Part shown: one piece after another, positions 40,807 to 50,722 of the stretch | Layout of the letters: each line of letters starts with the position of its first letter | Position numbering within the stretch: the stretch's first letter is position 1 | NCBI GenBank assembly: GCA_965116495.1 | Contig: OZ220696.1 | Location: 3,488,001-3,552,000 of the forward strand | Length of the DNA: 64,000 bases | Source: Gammaproteobacteria bacterium | GTDB taxonomy: Bacteria; Pseudomonadota; Gammaproteobacteria; Eutrophobiales; Eutrophobiaceae | Reading direction: 5' to 3' | The notes under the pieces: model-generated | Told to the model about the DNA's origin: nothing | Databases searched by the model: none | What the model saw: only the letters and a program-made list of their open reading frames with translations | Translations under genes and position numbers: made by a program

Positions 40807-41880
40807 TCAGTCATAAACTATATTAGAGTTAAACTCAGGGGTGGATTTATCCTTGAACCCCATGCCGGCATGGATGATGAAACAGGCAGCCAGCTTCTTT
40901 TTCAAAGCCAGTTCATAGCCCTGGTCCGGCCCCAGCACGAGTAGGCCGGTCGCCCACGCGTCGGCCAGCATGGCCGAGGGGTGCAACACCGTCACCGAGG
41001 CGAGTCCATGGGCGATCGGACGGCCCTTGCGCGGGTCTATCGTATGTGAATAGCGGGCCCCGTCTTTCTCGAAATAATTCCGGTAATCACCCGAGGTCGC
41101 CATGGCCATGTTCTCAAGCTTGATGATTTTCCGCACGCCGTCCTGTCCGCTAACAGGCTGTTCAATCCCGATTTGCCAGGGCCTGTTTTTGCCGTTCACG
41201 CCCCGCCCGCGAATTTCCCCGCCGATTTCCACCAGGTAGTTGTCCAGTTGAAGCAGGTCCAGGTAGGCCGCGACCTCATCCACACCAAACCCTTTTGCGA
41301 TAGCGGAGAGGTCGATATACATTCCGCCATTCGATTTTTTCAGGGTAGAGGCGACGGGGTCAAGTTGCAGTTTTTGATAACCAACCAGGCGTAAAGCCGT
41401 ATCAATTTGCTCGTCCTCCGGGACAGTGAACTCCTGTTCCGGGCCGAATCCCCACAGGTTGACCAGGGGGCCGGCAGTGACATCGAAGGCGCCTGTTGTT
41501 GATCGGCTTATCTCCCGGGCCGCCTGTAACATCTGCATCAGGGATGCACTCACGCTGAGTCGGCCCGTGCTGTCCGAAGCATTTATCCGTGACAGTTCCG
41601 ACCCGGGCAGGTAAGTGGACATCTCCTTGTTGACCCGGTTGAGGATGGTATCGAACTGCGCCTGTATACGTTGCCTGGAATGCGGCAGCGCCCCGGCGTT
41701 GATCAGGACGGACCAGGTTGTTCCCATCGTCAGCCCGGCAAATTCATAAACCTGTCGCGGTTGCTCCGACTGGCACGAGGACAGGGACAGGAAACAGGTA
41801 ACGGATAATAGAATACGGCGGGTTACAGGGAACAGCAGGGGACGGAATTTAATTCCGTCCCCGTGCCGAAGTGGAAACAT
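40807..41880 (-). CDS. apbE: FAD:protein FMN transferase lipoprotein
   Basis: Lipobox LSSC; TMGTTW, DLSAIAKGFGVD, EIGGE and ATSGDYRNY motifs. GGAGG RBS before ATG 41880. Confidence 0.92.
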   Translation of the reverse strand: MFPLRHGDGIKFRPLLFPVTRRILLSVTCFLSLSSCQSEQPRQVYEFAGLTMGTTWSVLINAGALPHSRQRIQAQFDTILNRVNKEMSTYLPGSELSRINASDSTGRLSVSASLMQMLQAAREISRSTTGAFDVTAGPLVNLWGFGPEQEFTVPEDEQIDTALRLVGYQKLQLDPVASTLKKSNGGMYIDLSAIAKGFGVDEVAAYLDLLQLDNYLVEIGGEIRGRGVNGKNRPWQIGIEQPVSGQDGVRKIIKLENMAMATSGDYRNYFEKDGARYSHTIDPRKGRPIAHGLASVTVLHPSAMLADAWATGLLVLGPDQGYELALKKKLAACFIIHAGMGFKDKSTPEFNSNIVYD

Positions 41881-41919
41881 TCTTTCGTCCTCCAGGTACG
41901 GCAACGGGGGGGTGACCCG

Positions 41920-43668
41920 TCACATAACGGCCGTTCCCTGGTCGCGTTCCGGCACCGAATGCCGGAAGTAGGGAATAATCAGTTCTATATCGCCACTCAG
42001 GTGTTTCTGTTTAATGTGGTTCCAGTATTCCGCCGTGAGCAGGTCGCCGTGGACCTCCAGGAACAGGGTCCGCAAATCCGGGTCCATGGATAAAAATTTG
42101 ATGAATTCTTCCGGGAAAATATCGTTTTTGTTGACGTGGAACCAGACGTCGGAGCGCATCACGTCTTCATCGTCGTCGCTGTCCGGAATTTCGCGGAAAT
42201 CGCATTCCGTTACCAGCGCCACTTCATCGTAATCATAGAAAACCACCCGCCGGTGCCGGGTCACGCCGAAGTTTTTCAGCAACAGGTCGCCGGGGAAGAT
42301 ATTGGTATTGGCCAGGTCCTTGATGGTTTGTCCGTAATCCAGTATGACCTCGCCGGCATCGGTACGGTTTGTTTCTCTGAGATAAAGGTTCAACGGCCGT
42401 ACCCGGCGTTCGATATAGACGTGGTCGATAATCAGTTTATCGTTCTTTACGCGCACGGTTTCGGCCGCTTCACTCAGCAGTTCACTCCGCAGGGCTTCGT
42501 CGAAGCGGTTTACCGGGAATTCCAGGTTACGGAACTCCTGGGTGTCGATCAGGCGGCCGGCCCGGTCATGCCTGGAAACCAGCCGGTACTTGCTTTGCAC
42601 CTCCTCCCTGTTGACGGTCTTCGGGTAGCCGAAATTATCCCGGATGATTTTGAATACCAGGTCGTAGGAGGGCAGGGTGAACACCAGCATCACCAGGCCC
42701 TTGTCTCCTTCAGCGTGCACGAACCTGTCATCCGTGTTCTGCAGGTGGTGTGAAAAGATGCGGTAGCGTTCGGTCTTGCCCTGGCGCAACCGCCCCAGCA
42801 CCGTGTACAACTCGTCTATGGGTTTGTTGGGCAGGATGGAATGCAGGAAATGCACCGCGCCTATGACGGAATGGGGGTTGGCGAAATAGTAGGAGCGGGT
42901 GTAACTGAATACGACGCTGACTTCTTCCTCGGACAACAGCACCGCGTCAACCTCGATACCGCTCGAGGTGTTTTTCAGGGCAATGATGATGGGGTTGACG
43001 TGGTCCTGCTGGATCGTGCGCCCAATCAGGTAGGCGCGTGCCGATTGAAAAAATGCCGAGTTGATGAATTCGAACCTGACAAACTCGCCGTGTTCCCGCA
43101 GGTGCACCTGGTAATAGCGCTGGATTTCCTGGCTGAATGTCCGGGTGTCGGCTGCAATATTCCGGTACGGGACCTTGAAGGCAAAATCTTCCAGGATTTT
43201 TTTGAATGTCTTTTCCAGCGAACCCCAGTAGGGATAGCGGTTCAGGGTCAGGGTTTCCAGCGGGTTAAAGCCTTCGTCCGGCGCCGAGGTAACGAATTCG
43301 ATTTCCGGGTCGGTCCCTACGGTATTGAAAATACGCCGGGTTGTGGAATTGAAAAAGGTTTTCAGAAATCCGGCGTCAGGCACGTTATACAGGCGCTGGC
43401 CGAAGTACCTGCGCGTACTGTGCCAGAGTTTGCGGTCGACGACCCTGGGCCCCAGGTTTTTGCGCAACGAGACGACGATGCGGCGCACGGATTTTTCATA
43501 GAGTTCGACCCGTTCGGTTATATCCTGTTGATGTCCCTCCCAGTCCCGCTGTTCAAACCGGCGCCCTGCCCGCTCAGTGATACGAAAGAAATTCTCGTTA
43601 TATTTCTGGAAGCCCTCGTAGATAAACTCCGAGATGCGCGCAATGGTCTGTTTACGTTGCTCGGGCAT
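41920..43668 (-). CDS. aceK: Isocitrate dehydrogenase kinase/phosphatase
   Basis: GDKGLVMLVF, VFKIIRD, HDRAGRLIDTQEF and NIFPGDLLLKNFGVTRHRRVVFYDYDE motifs. Confidence 0.95.
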   Translation of the reverse strand: MPEQRKQTIARISEFIYEGFQKYNENFFRITERAGRRFEQRDWEGHQQDITERVELYEKSVRRIVVSLRKNLGPRVVDRKLWHSTRRYFGQRLYNVPDAGFLKTFFNSTTRRIFNTVGTDPEIEFVTSAPDEGFNPLETLTLNRYPYWGSLEKTFKKILEDFAFKVPYRNIAADTRTFSQEIQRYYQVHLREHGEFVRFEFINSAFFQSARAYLIGRTIQQDHVNPIIIALKNTSSGIEVDAVLLSEEEVSVVFSYTRSYYFANPHSVIGAVHFLHSILPNKPIDELYTVLGRLRQGKTERYRIFSHHLQNTDDRFVHAEGDKGLVMLVFTLPSYDLVFKIIRDNFGYPKTVNREEVQSKYRLVSRHDRAGRLIDTQEFRNLEFPVNRFDEALRSELLSEAAETVRVKNDKLIIDHVYIERRVRPLNLYLRETNRTDAGEVILDYGQTIKDLANTNIFPGDLLLKNFGVTRHRRVVFYDYDEVALVTECDFREIPDSDDDEDVMRSDVWFHVNKNDIFPEEFIKFLSMDPDLRTLFLEVHGDLLTAEYWNHIKQKHLSGDIELIIPYFRHSVPERDQGTAVM

Positions 43669-43688
43669 CGGCTGATGAGAAATCCGGG

Positions 43689-44984
43689 CTACATGTTTGC
43701 AATCAATGCCTGGCCGAATTCGCTGCAACTGACCTTTCTCGCACCCTCCATGAGTCGGGCAAAATCATAGGTGACGGTCTTGGCGGCTATCGTTTTATCC
43801 ATACCGGAAATGATGAGGTCTGCGGCATCCGTCCAGCCCAGGTAGCGCATCATCATCTCGCCGGAGAGTACCAGGGATCCCGGGTTGACCTTGTCCTGGT
43901 TGGCATACTTGGGCGCGGTGCCGTGAGTTGCCTCGAATACGGCATGTCCGGTGTCGTAGTTGATATTGCCTCCGGGCGCAATGCCGATACCGCCGACCTG
44001 TGCCGCCAGTGCATCGGACAGGTAATCACCGTTCAGGTTCATGGTGGCAATCACATCGAATTCTTTGGGCCGGGTCAATACCTGTTGCAGGGTAATATCG
44101 GCAATGGCGTCCTTGATCAGTATTTTGCCGCCCGCCAGTGCTTCTTCCTGTTCCTTGTTGGCAGCCGCCGAACCTTTTGCCGCACGGGTGCGTTCCCATT
44201 GATCCCAGGTGTAGGTCTGGTCGGCGAAGGAGTCCTCCGCTAACGCATAGCCCCAGTTACGGAACGCGCCTTCGGTGTATTTCATGATGTTGCCCTTGTG
44301 TACAAACGTCACGCTCTTGCGCTTATTGTCCAGCGCGTACCGGATTGCCGCCTTGACCAGGCGCCCCGTCCCTTCCTGTGATACCGGCTTGATACCGATA
44401 CCGGACGTCTCGGGAAAGCGGATTTTCCGGTAATAGTTGGGAAATGTTTCCTGCATGAACTCAAGAAATTTCCGGTTTTCTTCCGATCCCTGTTCAAACT
44501 CGATACCGGCGTAGATGTCTTCGGTGTTTTCCCGGAATATGACCATGTCCACCAGTTGCGGGTTTCTTGTCGGCGACGGTACGCCCTGAAACCAGCGCAC
44601 CGGACGCAGGCAGACATACAGGTCGAGGATCTGGCGCAGGGCGACGTTGAGGGAACGGATACCGCCGCCGATGGGCGTGGTGAGCGGGCCCTTGATGGCA
44701 ACCAGGAATTCCCGGCAGCGGTCAAGGGTCTCGTCCGGCAGCCAGGATCCGGTCAATTCGTTGGCCTTCTCCCCGGCGTAGACTTCCAGCCAATGGATCT
44801 CGCGCCGGCCGTTGTAGGCCCTGGCAACCGCCGCATCAAGTACCTGCCGGGTCGCACGCCAGACATCAGGCCCGATACCGTCACCTTCGATAAACGGTAT
44901 TACCGGGTGAGCCGGGACTTGCAGTCGTCCGTTCTCAATAGTGATCTTTTCCCCTTCAGGGGGGATCGATAACGCTGTGGCCAC
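43689..44984 (-). CDS. icd: NADP-dependent isocitrate dehydrogenase
   Basis: [41 protein letters not shown] and [10 protein letters not shown] motifs; GTG start with AGGAG RBS. Confidence 0.96.
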   Translation of the reverse strand: MATALSIPPEGEKITIENGRLQVPAHPVIPFIEGDGIGPDVWRATRQVLDAAVARAYNGRREIHWLEVYAGEKANELTGSWLPDETLDRCREFLVAIKGPLTTPIGGGIRSLNVALRQILDLYVCLRPVRWFQGVPSPTRNPQLVDMVIFRENTEDIYAGIEFEQGSEENRKFLEFMQETFPNYYRKIRFPETSGIGIKPVSQEGTGRLVKAAIRYALDNKRKSVTFVHKGNIMKYTEGAFRNWGYALAEDSFADQTYTWDQWERTRAAKGSAAANKEQEEALAGGKILIKDAIADITLQQVLTRPKEFDVIATMNLNGDYLSDALAAQVGGIGIAPGGNINYDTGHAVFEATHGTAPKYANQDKVNPGSLVLSGEMMMRYLGWTDAADLIISGMDKTIAAKTVTYDFARLMEGARKVSCSEFGQALIANM

Positions 44985-45173
44985 GTTAAATCTCCTTGGT
45001 TGGTCAATTTTTGCAATAGCTTATCACATCTCTTACCGGGTAAGCAGTTGTAAGCACTGGGTAACAGCTCCCACGCGCCGGTCAGCAGGGCTGAAACAGG
45101 ATACATTTTGGATATGATCAGAAACGATCCGGGTCGCGCTCTACGTCAGTATCAATGCCCTTCAGAAAACTCC

Positions 45174-45345
45174 TCAGGTTCTCCTGTGACATTTTTTATG
45201 AAAAACCGCTTCAGCTTCGTCTTCCAGCATGGGCCCGATGACTTCCATCGGCCAGCAACGCGCCGAACGCGTGGTTGCCCCGCACCCGCGCCCTGACGGC
45301 CTCCTTGAATGCTATGCGCAGGTAATGTTCATCCACGTTCTTCAT
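45174..45345 (-). pseudogene. Nucleoside/cytidine-deaminase family pseudogene with the catalytic core deleted
   Basis: Manual translation gives MKNVDEHYLRIAFKEAVRARVRGNHAFGALLAD (family N-terminus), joined out of frame to EVIGPMLEDEAEAVFH (family C-terminus). HAE and PCxxC are absent. Confidence 0.7.
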
Positions 45346-45375
45346 GTGCATGAAAATACGTTATCCATCTGCACT

Positions 45376-46115
45376 AATCTGCGTAATCTGCGGATTAGAT
45401 ACAACGTTCGATGAACTCCTGCCCGGTCATCACGTCGCCGAACTGCTGGATGATGGACTCCAGCGTCGCCTGGTGTTCGCGGTCGGACAGGGTGGAGCAG
45501 CAGTCTTCGACCATGACCACGTTGAAGTCCATGTCAAAAGCAGTGCGTGCAGTGGTCTCACAACAGATGTTAGTCTTTGTCCCGGCTATCAGCAGGATCT
45601 CGATGGCGCGGCTGCGCAACACCCGTTCCAGTTTCGAAGCACCCGGTGAGAGACAGCCGTAACGGTTCTTGACCAGGTGAATATCGTCCTCATCCACCTC
45701 CAGTTCATGCCATAGCTTGCCGCCCTCCTGCCCGGGCGCCATGTACTGCATGGTACGCTCGCGCACCTCCCCGGACACCATGTTGCTGAAGAAATTCTCC
45801 CATTCCGATTTGCCGCCGTTGCAATGGAACTCGCTGACGATCCAGATCACGTCGCCACCCCGCTTGCGCAGTTCCTGTGCCAGCCGGTTAATGTTACCGA
45901 CAGTCCCGCGGCTGGCCGGCACCTCGGCCGGCGCCCCCGGCTTGCAGAAGGCATTCTGCATGTCGATGACCACCAGGGCGCATTTTGCCGGGTCAAAACT
46001 GTCATAAAGGTGATAACGCCCGCGGCGCTTCATCACCCGCTCAACGATCTCGTCACTTATTCGTATATTGTGCATAGCTTAAGAAAATTATATGTATCCG
46101 CAGATTACGCAGATT
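45376..46115. repeat. 20-bp exact inverted repeats bracketing the isochorismatase gene
   Basis: aatctgcgtaatctgcggat (45376-45395) and atccgcagattacgcagatt (46096-46115); a third partial copy at 46209-46224. Confidence 0.8.
45395..46075 (-). CDS. Cysteine hydrolase/isochorismatase family (RutB-like amidohydrolase)
   Basis: ALVVIDMQNAF, KNRY and AGTKTNICCETTAR supply the Asp-Lys-Cys catalytic triad. Confidence 0.9.
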   Translation of the reverse strand: MHNIRISDEIVERVMKRRGRYHLYDSFDPAKCALVVIDMQNAFCKPGAPAEVPASRGTVGNINRLAQELRKRGGDVIWIVSEFHCNGGKSEWENFFSNMVSGEVRERTMQYMAPGQEGGKLWHELEVDEDDIHLVKNRYGCLSPGASKLERVLRSRAIEILLIAGTKTNICCETTARTAFDMDFNVVMVEDCCSTLSDREHQATLESIIQQFGDVMTGQEFIERCI

Positions 46116-46135
46116 GTTTATGTTGGTTCATTAAT

Positions 46136-46190
46136 AATTTGGGACACCCACAAATTGACAGTTGTCCTCAATTTATGGGTGTCCCAAATT
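46136..46190. repeat. GGGACACCC...GGGTGTCCC palindrome
   Basis: aatttgggacacccacaaattga...tcaatttatgggtgtcccaaatt. Confidence 0.8.
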
Positions 46191-46212
46191 TCAGTCCCAA
46201 ATTTCAATTGCG

Positions 46213-48282
46213 TCATCTGCGGATAAATATCTGGTCATGCAGGTACGGGTCGCCCGTCATGGCAGTCTCCGTTTCCAGCAGCGCGCCGCAGTCCGGACAG
46301 GAGAAAGAGCGCAGCAATACTTCGCCGCCGCTGGCATAGGGCCCGCCCAGGGTTTGCATGGCCGTTTCCTGCAGGCAGGCAGATTCCTTCCAGTTGTTGT
46401 CTCCCTCAGCCGGGTTCTCGCCGCAATGTTTGCAGGTGACGGGTGCGCCTGCAACAGGCGCGGGTTGCGCTCTGTTTTTTCTATGCGCTACCAGTCCGGT
46501 TCTCTTCTTCTCTGTGAGGGACGGGTCTGCTTCCCCTGTCCCGGCGTCCACGACGACGCCATACACGGTCTCTGCAAATTCCGCTGAAGTCAGCCCGTCC
46601 CGCACGTCGCGGGCCACTTCTTCCGGCGGGCGGGCCAGCGGATCGCCGTAACCGCCGCCGCCGTTCCAGCGGACGTACAAGGCATCCTTGCCCATTAACG
46701 GAAACACCCCCCAGTCTACGACCTGTTGCTCTGCCATTGCGGTACCTGCTTGTGCCGTGTCCTCACCGTTGATTGCACCAGGTTCATTGTTCTTGATCCA
46801 CATGTAGGCATTGGGAGATCCGGGATAACCGCCGGCCAGACCTTCGCTCATGGGGAACTTAGAGCCCTTGCCGGATACCACGTAGTGCATCCCGCCGTCC
46901 GGCGCATCGTGCGGTACGAAGGACAGCTCCATACCGACACCGCCGCGGTAACGCCCCGGCCCGCCGGAATCCTTAAGGCGCCGGCGGTACAGGTAACGGA
47001 TCGGGAAGGTGTATTCGACGGTCTCCACGTTGGCCATACGCGAGATGGGGTTCGGGATCTCGCCGCCCACCTCGATACCGTCCGCCCAGGCGCGGGCGCC
47101 GCCGGCGCCGGCGAAGGTCTCGGTCAGGATGCCGATGGCCTGTTTGTTGTGCTGGTTCCGGCCGAACAGGAACACCGCGAAATGGTTGGCGTGCCACACG
47201 GCCGTGGCCTCGTCAGCATACTTTTCACTGGCGCTGAGCATCTTGCCGATGGTGGTGCAGGCTGCATTGTTGACGGACTGTATGGCGCCGACAGTGGCGA
47301 CGGAGACCGGCGCCGGCCGCGTGCAGTTCACGACCGTCCCCTCCGGCGCGATCATGGTGATAGGGCTGATCACGCCTTCATTCCAGGTAATGTCGTAGCA
47401 CAGCAACGGGAACAGGGGCGCGAACAAGCCGCCCAGGGAGGCCCATCTGGTGCAGTTGATGGCGTACCGGCTCTGCTCGCTGGAGCCGCTAAAATCGAAG
47501 GTGAGCGTATCGTCCCGCTTGGTCATGGTCAGTTCGACCCGGCACACCTCATCCTCCACGCTCAGGTACTGGCGCGATTGCCATTGCCCGTCAGGCAGTT
47601 CCTGAAGGCGGGCGCGCAATTTTTCTTCAGACCTGATGATCAGGGTTTTGCAGGTCTCATCCACTGTCTCGAGCCCGTATTTTTCAATGAGGGCCAGCAT
47701 CCGCTCCCGGGCAACGTTGTTGCAGGCGATCATGGAATTCAGGTCCAGCGCCACCATGTCCGGCGCGCGCACCATGTTGAGGAAAGTATCCATGATAGCC
47801 CGGTTAATCTCTCCCTTTTCCACCAGCCTCAGCCCCGGTGAACTGAAGCCTTCGGTATAAATATTGTCCGCGTCGGGGCAGAACCCGCCGGGGTTGGTGG
47901 CGCCGATATCGTACACGTGCACAAAGCAGGCGCTCCAGGCCACCAGTTCTCTCCGGTAGTGAATGGGCGCCACCAGGTACACGTCGGAGGTATGCAGGGC
48001 CGCGGTGTAGGGGTCGTTCAGCAGGAACACGTCACCGGCATGAATGTCCCCGCGGAAGCGTCGGATGATGGATTTGCACGCCTCCGCGGCGCTGGTCAGG
48101 TGGTGCAGGAAACCCACACCGCCCATCAGCAGGGAACCGTCCGCCCGGTACAGGGATACCATGAGATCATGGCCCTCGTTGGTGATGGCGCTGCCGGATA
48201 CGTTTTTCAGGGTGATCACGGCCTCGTCCACGACCCGGAACAGGCGGTGGCGGATGATCGAAAAAGTGATCGGATCAATCAT
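46213..48282 (-). CDS. Hydantoinase B/oxoprolinase family protein with C-terminal CxxC..CxxC domain
   Basis: DPITFSII, GDVFLLNDPY, DSGGPGRYRGG and GGGGYGDPLAR motifs; tail CKHCG...FSCPDCGALLETE. Confidence 0.88.
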   Translation of the reverse strand: MIDPITFSIIRHRLFRVVDEAVITLKNVSGSAITNEGHDLMVSLYRADGSLLMGGVGFLHHLTSAAEACKSIIRRFRGDIHAGDVFLLNDPYTAALHTSDVYLVAPIHYRRELVAWSACFVHVYDIGATNPGGFCPDADNIYTEGFSSPGLRLVEKGEINRAIMDTFLNMVRAPDMVALDLNSMIACNNVARERMLALIEKYGLETVDETCKTLIIRSEEKLRARLQELPDGQWQSRQYLSVEDEVCRVELTMTKRDDTLTFDFSGSSEQSRYAINCTRWASLGGLFAPLFPLLCYDITWNEGVISPITMIAPEGTVVNCTRPAPVSVATVGAIQSVNNAACTTIGKMLSASEKYADEATAVWHANHFAVFLFGRNQHNKQAIGILTETFAGAGGARAWADGIEVGGEIPNPISRMANVETVEYTFPIRYLYRRRLKDSGGPGRYRGGVGMELSFVPHDAPDGGMHYVVSGKGSKFPMSEGLAGGYPGSPNAYMWIKNNEPGAINGEDTAQAGTAMAEQQVVDWGVFPLMGKDALYVRWNGGGGYGDPLARPPEEVARDVRDGLTSAEFAETVYGVVVDAGTGEADPSLTEKKRTGLVAHRKNRAQPAPVAGAPVTCKHCGENPAEGDNNWKESACLQETAMQTLGGPYASGGEVLLRSFSCPDCGALLETETAMTGDPYLHDQIFIRR

Positions 48283-50396
48283 GTCCGGTTTCCCCGGGCA
48301 ATCTCGATAACAATATTTCTATAACCGTCCATAAACCCCTGCTGGCTGTCCTGGACCACGATAGTCGTGATCGGTGTATGAATTACTGCCGGTCCGTTTA
48401 TGATATTACCCGGACGCAGTTTTTCAAAATCATGGACCCAAGCCTCGGTCAGGCCGTCATGCCCGTCGACGAATATCCTGCGCCGCCCCGTACGGGCGGC
48501 GTCCGCGGAGGAATCCGCAAACGCTTGCGCGGCAACCTCGGGGCGGTCTATCCTGCCGGCGGCGCTGAGCCGGAACCGGGTCATCTCGATCCCCGCATCC
48601 CGGTAGGCGGACCCCTTGCCGTAGCGGTTCTCGTACAGCGCCTCGAAATCATCGATCAATCGCTCCAATCCGTCTTCGTCCAGCGGCGTTGCGGCGCGCA
48701 CCGGCGTGATGATTTCATGGACCTGCATCGCATAGCGGAACCCGACGGACCACTTGAAGCTCATTTTATCCCCGGAAAATCCCTCCCGGTCCAGCGTGTC
48801 CGCGGCCGTTTTCAGCATGGGCTCGTAGATGGCGTTGATTTCCCCGGCAGGGCAGGGGGCGGATTTGGTCAGGGTCGTGCTGTACTCGTGCATCACGTCA
48901 GTGCTGGCCAGGCCGAAGGCGCAATTCACCGATGCGGTATACGGCACGATAACCCGCTGCACGCTCAGTTCCCGGGCGAACACGCTCGCCAGGATGGGAC
49001 AGGTACCGCCGAACGCGTGCAGCACGAAATCCCGCGGGTCCAGGCCCTGCTCGACAGTGATCTTGTGGATCAGGTCGGTGACCTGTGCGCTTGCCACGCG
49101 GAATATGCCGATTGCCGCCTGCTCCACGGACAGGCCCAGCGGTTCAGCAATCTGTTTCCTGAACAACTCCACCGTATTTCCCGTATCCAGTGTTATGGCG
49201 CCGTTGAGGAAATGCTGCGGGTCGATATATCCCAGCAATAACAACACGTCGGTGAGGGTTGGCCGGGTGCCGCCGAGGCCGTAACAGATCGGCCCCGGAT
49301 CGGCCCCGGCGCTACGGGGTCCCACCAGGGGCGCGGCCGTGTCCTGTTCCAGGGTGACCAGGCTGCCGCCACCGGCGCCGATGGACGCTACGTCAATCTT
49401 CGGCGCCGAGTAGTGGAAGCGGTCAATCAGGGGTTCCCTGGCATACTCGATTTCGCCGTCCTGGATAATGCCCACCTTGAACGTGGTGCCGCCCATGTCC
49501 GCGGCGATGATGTTGCTGTCGCCCATGCCGTCGCCGAGAAACTTGCTGCCGATGACCCCGGCAACGGGGCCGCATTCCACCATGTTCACCGCCCGCCCGG
49601 CAGCCTGTTCGGCAGGCAGCAGGCCGCCGTAGCCCTGCATGACCAGCACCGGCCCCTGGTAATCATGCTGGCCCAGCAGCCTTTGCAGGTTGCTGATGTA
49701 ACGGTTGACCACTTGTCCGGCATAGGCGTTGATTACTGTGGTCGAGGTGCGTTCGTACTCGCCGGGGAGCGGCGCCACTTCGCTGCTGACGGACACGTGG
49801 ATGTCCGGCCTGCGCGCCTTGATGATGGAGCGGATACGCTGTTCATGGACGGGATTGGCAAACGACCACAGCAACGCCACCGCAACGGATTCGACCTGCT
49901 GCTCGCCGATAAGGTAACTGACGGCCTCGGCAACCTCGGCCTCATCCAGTTCCTGAATAACGGCGCCCTTGTAATCCACCCGCTCCGTCACACCACGGAT
50001 CAGGTCGTACGGGACCAGCGGGGCAGGCCGGTCCGTGGCAACCGGGTGTTTGAGTCCCTCTTCCGACAGGCCCGACCAGCGCCCGTAGGCGCCCCGGGTG
50101 ACCAGCAGGGTGTCTTCAAAACCGGCCGTGGTAATCAGGCCGGTGCGGGCGCCCTTGCGCTCCAGCAAGGTGTTGTCCACCACGGTGGAGCCGTGGATGA
50201 ACAGGGTGGTGTGCCGGAAAATGTCTGCCAGGCCCACTTGCATGGTTTCGGCCGCGGACCTGATGGAAGCAATGACGCCGTCGGCGAAATCAGGCGGCGA
50301 TGACAAGGCCTTGCCGATGTAGACGGAACGTCCGTCCTCGACGATCACCGTGTCGGTACAGGTACCGCCAACGTCAGTTGCGACTACGAATGGCAT
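48279..50396 (-). CDS. Hydantoinase A/oxoprolinase family (ATP-binding) protein
   Basis: DVGGTCTD, HGSTVVDN, EYERTSTTVINAY, DMGGTTF, SIGAGGGS and SAGADPGP motifs. Confidence 0.9.
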   Translation of the reverse strand: MPFVVATDVGGTCTDTVIVEDGRSVYIGKALSSPPDFADGVIASIRSAAETMQVGLADIFRHTTLFIHGSTVVDNTLLERKGARTGLITTAGFEDTLLVTRGAYGRWSGLSEEGLKHPVATDRPAPLVPYDLIRGVTERVDYKGAVIQELDEAEVAEAVSYLIGEQQVESVAVALLWSFANPVHEQRIRSIIKARRPDIHVSVSSEVAPLPGEYERTSTTVINAYAGQVVNRYISNLQRLLGQHDYQGPVLVMQGYGGLLPAEQAAGRAVNMVECGPVAGVIGSKFLGDGMGDSNIIAADMGGTTFKVGIIQDGEIEYAREPLIDRFHYSAPKIDVASIGAGGGSLVTLEQDTAAPLVGPRSAGADPGPICYGLGGTRPTLTDVLLLLGYIDPQHFLNGAITLDTGNTVELFRKQIAEPLGLSVEQAAIGIFRVASAQVTDLIHKITVEQGLDPRDFVLHAFGGTCPILASVFARELSVQRVIVPYTASVNCAFGLASTDVMHEYSTTLTKSAPCPAGEINAIYEPMLKTAADTLDREGFSGDKMSFKWSVGFRYAMQVHEIITPVRAATPLDEDGLERLIDDFEALYENRYGKGSAYRDAGIEMTRFRLSAAGRIDRPEVAAQAFADSSADAARTGRRRIFVDGHDGLTEAWVHDFEKLRPGNIINGPAVIHTPITTIVVQDSQQGFMDGYRNIVIEIARGNRT

Positions 50397-50412
50397 TTAG
50401 CGAGATGCTGCT

Positions 50413-50694
50413 TCAGGAACCCATGCCGATGGAAAATATCTCTTCCAGGTCGTGTTGCGAATAGGTCTTGAACGCGATCATGGTTTCGGTATTTTCAATG
50501 CCTTCAACCCGTACCATGCGGTTGGTCACCATGTCGGCGATGGCCTCGTTGGTTTCTACCCGCAGGATGCCGACGATATCGTAGCTGCCGCCGACGGAGT
50601 AAACCTCGGAAAATTCGGGCACGTCAGCCAGGGCTTCGGCGACCTCATTGATCCTGCCGTGCTGGGTATTGATTAACACGATTGCTGTAACCAT
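50413..50694 (-). CDS. Stand-alone Lrp/AsnC ligand-binding (RAM) domain protein
   Basis: MVTAIVLIN, EVYSVGGSYDIV and TETMIAF motifs; no HTH. Confidence 0.85.
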   Translation of the reverse strand: MVTAIVLINTQHGRINEVAEALADVPEFSEVYSVGGSYDIVGILRVETNEAIADMVTNRMVRVEGIENTETMIAFKTYSQHDLEEIFSIGMGS

Positions 50695-50722
50695 TTGAAT
50701 CACCTTCCGCTGAGTGCGTGTC

